DNA of 64,000 bases from an uncultured Synechococcaceae cyanobacterium. Lineage in GTDB: Bacteria > Cyanobacteriota > Cyanobacteriia > PCC-6307 > Cyanobiaceae. Position 1 is the first letter of the stretch, and each line of letters opens with the position of its first letter. The stretch is taken from assembly GCA_902572395.1 (NCBI GenBank), contig CACGFX010000003.1, positions 8,057 to 72,056 of the forward strand, given 5' to 3'. A program made the position numbers and the translations under genes. Below the pieces are notes generated by a model. It ran no database searches, had not been told where the DNA came from, and saw only the letters and a program-made list of their open reading frames with translations. Of this stretch, positions 20,363-28,335 are shown in pieces.

Positions 20363-20622
20363 TGTCCCCTCTCTCAGGTTTTTTAGCTGTAATCGTATTC
20401 TTCACAGCTATCCTCGTTGCTTATCTAACCAAGCAATTTCAAAACGAAAATTTAAACTATCTAATTTCAAATCCAATGACAAATTCAAACCCTAAAGTAA
20501 AAACAATCGAAAAAGAAAAAGTTGTTGCAGAAACTCTTAATGGCAGGTTCGCAATGCTTGGATTAATTGCTGCTGTCGGAGCTTACTTAACAACAGGCCA
20601 AATAATTCCAGGTTTTGTTTAA
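20362..20622 (+). CDS. hli: high-light-inducible protein with extra N-terminal TM helix (86 aa)
   Basis: TAATG overlap start; near copy of 9581..9841. Confidence 0.92.
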   Translation: MSPLSGFLAVIVFFTAILVAYLTKQFQNENLNYLISNPMTNSNPKVKTIEKEKVVAETLNGRFAMLGLIAAVGAYLTTGQIIPGFV

Positions 20623-20850
20623 ATGCTTTTACTCTCTGTTCCATTCTACGATTTTCCATCTTCGCCCATACTAATAATTGGCGCGATAGGGATTGTTGTA
20701 GCACTGGCTGTATTTTTTCTAGCTTACAAAAAGTACTTTAATTCTCCATTTAACAAAGAGCTTCAATTAAAGAAAAAAGCTCTATTGAAGGAGAAAACAG
20801 AACTAAACCAAAAACTTGAGAAAATAGAGCAAGATTTAAAAAATTTATAG
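20623..20850 (+). CDS. small TM + coiled-coil protein
   Basis: 75 aa; starts immediately after the hli stop. Confidence 0.65.
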   Translation: MLLLSVPFYDFPSSPILIIGAIGIVVALAVFFLAYKKYFNSPFNKELQLKKKALLKEKTELNQKLEKIEQDLKNL

Positions 20851-20859
20851 TAAAAACCC

Positions 20860-20949
20860 ATGAACATAGACATTTTCTTAATCTCTTTCTTTACTTATCT
20901 CTTAGTACCAGTAGTAATGGTCGCTAAGGGGAAAAAAGCAACTAACTAA
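20860..20949 (+). CDS. possible 29-aa TM microprotein
   Basis: Manual ORF MNIDIFLISFFTYLLVPVVMVAKGKKATN, 9 nt after the previous stop. Confidence 0.4.
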   Translation: MNIDIFLISFFTYLLVPVVMVAKGKKATN

Positions 20950-21045
20950 GAAAGATTTAGACTCCCAAAAATAAGAATTTAAACTCTATTCAATACATAC
21001 AACATCGTTATAGAGTTTTCATATAAGTTTAAGGAGGGTAATCTT

Positions 21046-21204
21046 ATGACCAACCTCGCTATCGAGCTACTTGTCTTGACAGTAGTTATAGTAAATTTTG
21101 GAGCAATCCTTACAGCTGATATCTATTCGAAATCAGTAAGGGAATTTAATCGCAATAGATTATTTTGCAGTAAGTCTTTCAGCAATCCCTATTGCATTAT
21201 CTGA
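21046..21204 (+). CDS. possible 52-aa TM microprotein
   Basis: Strong SD AAGGAGG at 21031; MTNLAIELLVLTVVIVNFGAILTADIYSKSVREFNRNRLFCSKSFSNPYCII. Confidence 0.45.
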   Translation: MTNLAIELLVLTVVIVNFGAILTADIYSKSVREFNRNRLFCSKSFSNPYCII

Positions 21205-21335
21205 GCAAAATTTTTTGCTCATAATTTAATAGGTCTTTAGCGATCGACATAAAACGTGAATTTGCTAATATTCTTCAACTTCGGAGAAGTGGGTTGCTTC
21301 TCATTTCGTAAAAATTTGACAATAATAATTAAAGC

Positions 21336-22022
21336 TTAGGCAACCCTAAATTTCCATTTCATATTCATTTCAGGCAAGTCATTCATTGAATCTCTCCATT
21401 CCTGGGCCCATTCACTTTGACTATGTCTATAAATTCTAATTAGTTCATCTACAGAGGAATCATGATAATCAACTCTAAGGTCTAAAAGAGGAAAGCCTAG
21501 TTCTCCACTTACCTTTAGGGCACTTGAGGTTGAACGGGGGCTTCGTCTATCTCCTCCTATATTTTCTCCTGCATTAAGAGCATCAAGTAGTCTTTTCCCT
21601 AATTTAATATTTGGATCACTTTGTTTAAAAACATAAGCCATTACCTCAAGAACTTCAATATTCTCAAGAAAATTGCCAGCTACAGAAAAGTTTTCTCCAC
21701 TTATATGTCCACTTGTCTGAAAACATTCTTGACCTGTCCAGCATGCGCTTCTCCCATACTTATCAATTAAGTGAACCTGTCTTTTTTCCCTGCCAAAATC
21801 TTCTTTAATTAAATCTTCCAAAACAATTTTGGAGTCAGAGCAGGATTGGAGTGACTCAAGACTTCTTAATCCTAAATACGGATTAGTTTGCCCTTGAGTT
21901 GCAACAGCACCAACCTGTGATCTAACGAATGAAACTGTTGAGCCAACAGCTATATGACAAGAAGAAACCGCAACACCAAATCTATTTTTTAAAGGATCAA
22001 AACCAATAATTGAAAATGTCAT
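21336..22022 (-). CDS. DUF1028 family Ntn-hydrolase-like protein
   Basis: MTFSII start (Thr2 putative nucleophile), GAVATQ, VAGN, GGD.R..SSAL, LDLRVD. Confidence 0.88.
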   Translation of the reverse strand: MTFSIIGFDPLKNRFGVAVSSCHIAVGSTVSFVRSQVGAVATQGQTNPYLGLRSLESLQSCSDSKIVLEDLIKEDFGREKRQVHLIDKYGRSACWTGQECFQTSGHISGENFSVAGNFLENIEVLEVMAYVFKQSDPNIKLGKRLLDALNAGENIGGDRRSPRSTSSALKVSGELGFPLLDLRVDYHDSSVDELIRIYRHSQSEWAQEWRDSMNDLPEMNMKWKFRVA

Positions 22023-23300
22023 TTATATCATTAGAGGCTTGTCTAAAAAATTCTTATCAATGGAAAATATTGTATTCAATAAAACCTCAATACCATTAGC
22101 GCATTGATCAAGAGAAGTATATTCCTTATAGGAATGACTCAGACCATACCTACTTGGGACAAAGATCATAACCATAGGACAAATCCTTCCTATTTCTTGT
22201 GAGTCATGACTTGCTTTGCTTGGTAAGATTCCAGTTTTAAATCCCAACTTTTCAGATTCATGAAATGAAGATCTCACTAATTTAGGGCATGAATTAGTGG
22301 GAATCACTTCAAATTGAGGTTCTATCTGTACTCCGCATCCAGTGACTTCTTGAATTTCTGAGCATAGATTCTCAATTCTTAAACTCATTTTCCCAATTAC
22401 ATCTTCATCCAAATCTCTCATATCTATAGTGAATACTGCCTCTCCTGGAATAACATTTGCCGCATTGGGATGTAATTTCAATTTACCAACTGTTGCGACT
22501 GCACTTTCAGAAGTAGTTTTAGCAATCTGTTCAATGCCAACAATAATTTTAGAGGCAGCCAAAAGTGCGTCATTTCTATTTGACATCGGTGTAGTTCCTG
22601 CATGATTTGCCTCGCCTGTAACCTTAACCGTTATTCTTTTTTGACCTACTATTCCATTAACAATTCCGATATCCAAACCACCATCTTCTAGAACCTTTCC
22701 CTGTTCAACATGTAATTCAAGAAAAGCAAATATATCTTTTTTACTTCTTGCCGCACTTTTAATCTCAAGCCAATTTCCACCAATCCGAGAAAGATTATGA
22801 ATTATTGAACAAGAATTATTGGTAATAAAATCTTCTTCGTTTACAGATAAATTACCTGCAAAGCCTTTACAACCAATCATCGTCGATTCTTCATCAGCAA
22901 AGACAATTATTTCAAATGGTCTATTTAATTTAATGTCATTTTCCTGAAGTAAAAAAGCAATTTCAATTCCTGCAATTACTCCTAAAGTTCCGTCGTATTT
23001 ACCTCCCTTTGGAACAGTGTCGAGATGAGATCCAGTAACAATTGGAGGTAAATTATTATCATGACCATCTAATCTTGCAATAATATTTCCTGCAGTATCT
23101 ATTCTTATTTTTAAACCTAAGTCTTTAAGGGTTTTCATAAAAAAATTTCTTGCATATATATCTTCATCAGAAAAACCTCTTCTTGAAACAGAGCCATTGT
23201 CAGAAGCTCCGATTGAAGAAAAAGAATTTATCAATTCTTGGATTCTCTCCCTATTTATTACCTGTGGCTCTAGAGTGTTTAAACTAGCGCTATAGCTCAT
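22023..23300 (-). CDS. M20 Zn amidohydrolase, N-carbamoyl-L-amino-acid / allantoate amidohydrolase family
   Basis: GSHLDTVP.GGKYDG.LGV, DEES, ELHVEQG, NHAGTTPM, SHD, G.SH...E. Confidence 0.92.
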   Translation of the reverse strand: MSYSASLNTLEPQVINRERIQELINSFSSIGASDNGSVSRRGFSDEDIYARNFFMKTLKDLGLKIRIDTAGNIIARLDGHDNNLPPIVTGSHLDTVPKGGKYDGTLGVIAGIEIAFLLQENDIKLNRPFEIIVFADEESTMIGCKGFAGNLSVNEEDFITNNSCSIIHNLSRIGGNWLEIKSAARSKKDIFAFLELHVEQGKVLEDGGLDIGIVNGIVGQKRITVKVTGEANHAGTTPMSNRNDALLAASKIIVGIEQIAKTTSESAVATVGKLKLHPNAANVIPGEAVFTIDMRDLDEDVIGKMSLRIENLCSEIQEVTGCGVQIEPQFEVIPTNSCPKLVRSSFHESEKLGFKTGILPSKASHDSQEIGRICPMVMIFVPSRYGLSHSYKEYTSLDQCANGIEVLLNTIFSIDKNFLDKPLMI

Positions 23301-23394
23301 ACGTCTATTACTTAAACCTATTTAAGGTCTCTTATTTTTCAAATAAAACCTGTATTGGTTTACACCTTTTCAGAAATTAATTTAAGGAAGGAAT

Positions 23395-25407
23395 TCAAAC
23401 TTTCCAACCCAAATTATCAGCCATCTTTTGAGCCTTATCTGGGATATCCTCAATTATAAAAATCTTATATAAAATCTGAACGCTTAAAAGATGATTGATT
23501 ATTGCATCCAATTGTACTTTTTCTGAGTCATCAAGCTCAGAACTAAAAAATTTATTCAGCAAATTATTTACTTCTGTTTCATCCAAGATTCCAAATTCTC
23601 TTATCCTCTCAGGACTTAAAAACTCATCTACAATTTCCTGCATAGAACTTAAATTATCTTTATCTGCATGGGAAGGGGGAGCCATAAAAGGAAATTTTTC
23701 ACGTTTATATAATGATTCAGGCAGTAATCCTGACATGGCTTCTCTTAAAACATACTTCTCGACATTGTCTTTAATCCTTAATTCAGGGGGGACAGCAACA
23801 GCAGCTTCAGCTAGGTGATGATCTAAAAATGCAGGTCTGGCCTCCATTGAATTTGACATATCCACTCTATCTCCTCCCCATGTGAGAATTTGGCCCTCAA
23901 GCATAGTCTTCATCCAAACGTACTGAGCCTGATCAATTGCGTATCTATCTTCTAACTGTTCAAGATCAAGTTCTCCAAAAATTGCCGCTCCAGGATCATA
24001 ATCTTCCATTAACTCTTTATATTTACTTGAGACTAGACTTTTTGCATAAGTTTCACATGCAAGCCAAGGTTGAAGACAACTTGGTGTAAATCCGAAGAAT
24101 TCTTTGAAAGATTGATTACTTATCTCTTCATTAGCTAGCATCGCGCCCTTGAAAATATCATTTGAATTTTCTAGATTTTCTTTAAGATTCTCAGATTCTG
24201 CATTAGAAATTCCTACCCCATAGGTATACATATCTTTTCTAAAAGCGGGATAACCACCAAACAATTCATCTGAACCCTCTCCTGTCATAACGACCTTATA
24301 ATCGAGCTCATTCACTCTTTTACTCATAAGGTATTTGGCAATTGCGAGGGTGTTATAAATAGATCTTTCGGTAAACCATAGAACCTTTTCAAAATTCCCA
24401 TACAGATCATCCCCATTTATTTTTAAAATCTCATGATCTGCATTTGTGGCGACAGCCATCTCTTTTGCTATCGAAGTTTCATCATATCTTTCATCACTGA
24501 AACCAATCGTGAATGCCTTTACTGATTTTTGACTTATGGCAGAAGCTAATCCCAAAATTGAGCAACTATCAATTCCACCGGATAAATAACAGCCGACCGG
24601 AACATCAGCGACCATTCTTAATTCGACAGCTCTCAACAATTCTTTTCTAATATTTTCAATAAAATATTCTTCACTTTTTTCTCTTTCATAAGTGTTTTTC
24701 TTTGGGAAATTTATATCCCAGAACTTTTCCTCTGTTATCTGAAATTTATTATTTAATCTTTTTACTTTAAGAATATATCCAGGCTTAACTTGTTTAACAC
24801 CTGCAAATGCCGTAGAGCCAGGGACCATAACCTGCATAAGTTGATGAACCAGTCCTTCTCCCGTAAATTTTCTTTCAACTGATGGATGGGCAAATAGTAC
24901 TTTTAATTCAGAGCCAAATATTAAGGAATCATCGGTCTCAATCCAGTATTGAGGTTTAATCCCAAATCGATCTCTTACAAGATAAAGACAATCCTGATCT
25001 GCATCAAACAACGAAAAGGCAAATTCTCCTCTCAGATAAGATAATGACTCATCAATGCCATATTTCTCATAAAGTCTAAGCAATATTTCCGAATCACTTT
25101 TTGAAGAAAAGCTTACGCCCTGAGCAACAAGATCAGCCCTGATTCTTTGAAAGTCATAAAATTCACCGTTATGTGCCATCAAAATATGATTTTCGGCACC
25201 TCCAACAAAAGGCTGTCTGGCTCGATTTTCATTTAAATCTATTATTGAGAGTCTCGCATGACAGAATCCTAAAGAAGCATCATCTGATAATTTATATCCA
25301 AAGCCGTCCGGTCCACGATGGCTTTGAATAGCAGCCATATTTACGAGAATCTGAGGTTCAACAGATTTATCTTTTGATTTATTAAAAATCCCCCCTATTC
25401 CACACAT
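23395..25407 (-). CDS. asnB: asparagine synthase (glutamine-hydrolysing) family amidotransferase
   Basis: MCGI N-terminal Cys, HRGPDG, HARLSIID, HNGEFYD, LSGGIDS, GEGSDELFGGY. Confidence 0.92.
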   Translation of the reverse strand: MCGIGGIFNKSKDKSVEPQILVNMAAIQSHRGPDGFGYKLSDDASLGFCHARLSIIDLNENRARQPFVGGAENHILMAHNGEFYDFQRIRADLVAQGVSFSSKSDSEILLRLYEKYGIDESLSYLRGEFAFSLFDADQDCLYLVRDRFGIKPQYWIETDDSLIFGSELKVLFAHPSVERKFTGEGLVHQLMQVMVPGSTAFAGVKQVKPGYILKVKRLNNKFQITEEKFWDINFPKKNTYEREKSEEYFIENIRKELLRAVELRMVADVPVGCYLSGGIDSCSILGLASAISQKSVKAFTIGFSDERYDETSIAKEMAVATNADHEILKINGDDLYGNFEKVLWFTERSIYNTLAIAKYLMSKRVNELDYKVVMTGEGSDELFGGYPAFRKDMYTYGVGISNAESENLKENLENSNDIFKGAMLANEEISNQSFKEFFGFTPSCLQPWLACETYAKSLVSSKYKELMEDYDPGAAIFGELDLEQLEDRYAIDQAQYVWMKTMLEGQILTWGGDRVDMSNSMEARPAFLDHHLAEAAVAVPPELRIKDNVEKYVLREAMSGLLPESLYKREKFPFMAPPSHADKDNLSSMQEIVDEFLSPERIREFGILDETEVNNLLNKFFSSELDDSEKVQLDAIINHLLSVQILYKIFIIEDIPDKAQKMADNLGWKV

Positions 25408-25411
25408 CTAG

Positions 25412-26524
25412 TTAAACGACATCCATTACTCTTGTTGTTCTATCCATCAGACAGGTAAGCAATGCCATTCTTACAAATACTGCTCCTCTTGACTGAGCAA
25501 AATACCAATTTTTTGAGGTTTGATCCAGTGATGTTGACAATTCAGGACCACGAGCAAGTGGATGCAATATTATGGAATGTTTTTTAAATGGCAACTCACT
25601 ATGCAATTTAAATGTACTTCCATGAACCTCATAATCTTCTCCCACCCATGCAATTGCATTTATATACGTAACGTCTAGGGAAGGCAATACTTTTGGCATA
25701 TCCGTCTCCAGCTCAATCTTTAAACCAGATTCAATAAGTTGTTCCAACTGGCCTTCATCAAATAGATCGTTCTGATCAATAGATTTGTCATCGTAAATTA
25801 CAATAATTTTTTTTATGAAATATGGAAACTTACAGAATAATTTCAGAAGAGATCTGACTGTTCTCATCCGTGATGGAACTCCGATGATACCAATGGTGAT
25901 TTTTTCACTATCATCAATTGATTTGTTAACCAAATGAGGTCTCCATTTAAAAATCGTATAAAGGTCAGACATCGCCTGAGTGGGATGTTCATCGATTCCA
26001 TTACCGGCATTTATTATTGGGATTCTCAATGATTTTGTCATTTCAAAGATCGCCTCATTGTCACTTTCTCTGAGGACAACGCAGTCACCGTAATTATTAA
26101 ACATATGAGCAATATCCAAATGAGTTTCTCCCTTGGCAATTCCAGTGGAACTTTTATCGGTGATATTTATTGAATCGCCACCTAGCCTATGCCATGCGCT
26201 GTCAAACGATAATCTCGTTCTGGTGCTTGGTTCATAGAAGGCATTTATGAGTATCTTTCCCTTGAGGGGACTGTTATGGGAAATATATCTGTTTGGGTTA
26301 CTTTCGAATTTTGCCGCCAGCCTGAAAAGTTGTAGAAGACAGTCTTTACTGAAGGGGTCTATGGAAATTACATGCCTGTCCAATAACTCATATAGAAATT
26401 CTGCTCTTTCCTTTATTTCAGATAATAAATTCTGAGGATGAGTGGAGCCGTAAATATCAGGTCCGATTCTTGAAAAAGAAAATAAGTTATCCTTATGTAA
26501 TGTTTTTAATCTATGTGATCCCAA
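25412..26524 (-). CDS. aspartate/ornithine carbamoyltransferase family protein, atypical specificity
   Basis: FYEPSTRTRLSF, KGET, INAGNG..EHPTQA, HPLAR present; ATCase R-x-Q-x-E-R and OTCase D-x-x-x-SMG motifs both absent (YINAIAW instead). Confidence 0.9.
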   Translation of the reverse strand: MGSHRLKTLHKDNLFSFSRIGPDIYGSTHPQNLLSEIKERAEFLYELLDRHVISIDPFSKDCLLQLFRLAAKFESNPNRYISHNSPLKGKILINAFYEPSTRTRLSFDSAWHRLGGDSINITDKSSTGIAKGETHLDIAHMFNNYGDCVVLRESDNEAIFEMTKSLRIPIINAGNGIDEHPTQAMSDLYTIFKWRPHLVNKSIDDSEKITIGIIGVPSRMRTVRSLLKLFCKFPYFIKKIIVIYDDKSIDQNDLFDEGQLEQLIESGLKIELETDMPKVLPSLDVTYINAIAWVGEDYEVHGSTFKLHSELPFKKHSIILHPLARGPELSTSLDQTSKNWYFAQSRGAVFVRMALLTCLMDRTTRVMDVV

Positions 26525-26544
26525 AATATTAAAGTTCTAAAATT

Positions 26545-26560
26545 TGTACCGATAACTACA
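26545..26560. promoter_or_regulatory. NtcA box upstream of the carbamoyltransferase operon
   Basis: TGTA-CCGATAAC-TACA, perfect extended consensus, about 20 nt from the start codon. Confidence 0.7.
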
Positions 26561-26911
26561 TTTTTATAAACAAAAATCAATAAAGACAAGTAATTTCAAA
26601 GAAAAATCTCAGAAAAAGACCAATTATTATAAGTTTCTGTATAGTTGTAATACAGGAAATTATTAATGCAGTTCAGAATTAAATAGGATAAACAACTTTC
26701 AAATTCAGGATGAGAAGATTCCAGAGCATCTACAAAATCTCATCATAAACTCCACATATCCATAAAAAAGAAACTAATTGCCACTAATTTCAGATCAAAT
26801 ATTAATAATTTAAATACATGAATTTGCTTTAATTGTTGAAAAATTTTTTTAACAGGTGCTTCTTTCATCCCTTAGAATCAATTTGAAAGCACCTAGGAAA
26901 AGTTTTTCAAA

Positions 26912-27247
26912 ATGGGGAAAGAGGTTTCTAAACACCTTCTACTATGCGCCACTCCCACAAAAAAGAAATGCTTTAAAGGCAATGAAGGTCAAAAAACATG
27001 GGAAAGTCTGAAAAAGACTTTAAAAAAATTTGAGAATGATCTCTATAAAGAAAACGTTCATATATTAAGATCAAAAGCTGACTGTTTAAGGATATGTAAG
27101 AACGGCCCAATTCTTCTTGTTTGGCCTGATGGTATTTGGTACGAGAAAGTTTCTCCAGAAAAAATTTCAGAAATTTTTACCTCACATATTATTAACGGTA
27201 AGCCAATTGAAAAATGGATTTTTAAAAAAAACACCATTTTCAAATAG
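26912..27247 (+). CDS. thioredoxin-like [2Fe-2S] ferredoxin
   Basis: HLLLC......C ... CLRIC..GP...VWPDGIWY. Confidence 0.88.
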   Translation: MGKEVSKHLLLCATPTKKKCFKGNEGQKTWESLKKTLKKFENDLYKENVHILRSKADCLRICKNGPILLVWPDGIWYEKVSPEKISEIFTSHIINGKPIEKWIFKKNTIFK

Positions 27248-27249
27248 TC

Positions 27250-28335
27250 CTATATACTCATAAACCAGTTCTTTACGACTTCGTCTGACCAGCAGCCATT
27301 AATCGAATGAAAACCATTATGACCTCCTTTTTCAGTTATTAAAATAGTAAATTTATCAATAGATTCTTTTCTTAAATTCAAAGTATCCGTATATGGAACC
27401 CATGGATCATCCTTGGCATGAATAAAAAGCATTGGAGGTAATTTTTTTATTGAGTTTTGGATTCTAAATATTGGAGAAGCTTTAATATAATAATCCTCTA
27501 AAGAATTAAATCCCCAACTAGGAGCTGTAAATTTCTGATCAAATTCTCTTATACTTTTTAAATTTCTAATTTTTATTCTTAATTTCTCGTTATCAAGGAG
27601 TTTGCCTTCATCATTAAATCCATCCCATAACTGATTTTTTAAGCGGTGAAGTAACCATTTTTGGTAGATAGAATTTCTAGGTTTTTCAATACAGAGACTG
27701 CATGAAGATAAATCTAAAGGGGTACTCACGCAGGCAAGGCCATCTAAAAGTTTTTCTCCTTTGTTTTTATCGTAATCTAAGCAGGCATTTAAAAGAATTG
27801 TTCCGCCTAAAGATAATCCAACTCCGTAAATTGGAAGATTATTCATCTTAATGAGCTTTTTAAATTCTAAGTTAATGAATTTTTTAAAATAATTAATTGC
27901 TGAAATAACATCACTAGAGCATCTAGCACAATAATTTCCTTTAGCTAAATATCTCGCAGAACCAGATCCTCTTAGATTTAATTTAAGAACTCCAAAACCA
28001 TTATTTGCTAATTTCCTAGATATTCTTCTTAAACCAAACCGTTTAGTTGAGCCCCCTAAACCATGAGTAACGATTACAAAACCCCTAAGTGAGTTTAAGT
28101 TTTCAGGTAATTCTAAAAAACCTAAAAGATAATCACATTCAAATTTTTTAGAAAGAATTTTATTAATCGGAAAGAATATTTTTTTATTTTTCTTTGATTT
28201 ACCAAAATCAATAACAAAAGTATCTCTCAAAGTTTGTAAGTCGCCACCTATCCAAGGTAAGACTTCTCGAAATGGCTTATTTTTTACGTATTCTGAAAAA
28301 CTAAAAGATATGTTATTATTTCTCCCCAACTCCAA
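27250..28335 (-). CDS. alpha/beta hydrolase (YheT-like)
   Basis: HGLGGS, GLSLGG, DDPWVP, GGHNGF. Confidence 0.88.
   Translation of the reverse strand: MELGRNNNISFSFSEYVKNKPFREVLPWIGGDLQTLRDTFVIDFGKSKKNKKIFFPINKILSKKFECDYLLGFLELPENLNSLRGFVIVTHGLGGSTKRFGLRRISRKLANNGFGVLKLNLRGSGSARYLAKGNYCARCSSDVISAINYFKKFINLEFKKLIKMNNLPIYGVGLSLGGTILLNACLDYDKNKGEKLLDGLACVSTPLDLSSCSLCIEKPRNSIYQKWLLHRLKNQLWDGFNDEGKLLDNEKLRIKIRNLKSIREFDQKFTAPSWGFNSLEDYYIKASPIFRIQNSIKKLPPMLFIHAKDDPWVPYTDTLNLRKESIDKFTILITEKGGHNGFHSINGCWSDEVVKNWFMSI

Larger units (their letters stand above)
19761..26900. mobile_element. accessory genomic islet (no integrase visible)
   Basis: Non-core cargo (hli duplicate, sORFs, 4-gene N operon) between core dxr and the ferredoxin-like gene; boundaries approximate. 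Confidence 0.55.

Noticed and set aside
23351-23364. TGTA-N6-TACA before the M20 hydrolase
   Set aside because: Spacing is wrong for NtcA (needs N8).
26660-26870. Possible gene remnant upstream of the carbamoyltransferase
   Set aside because: Only short broken frames; no family recognisable without a search.
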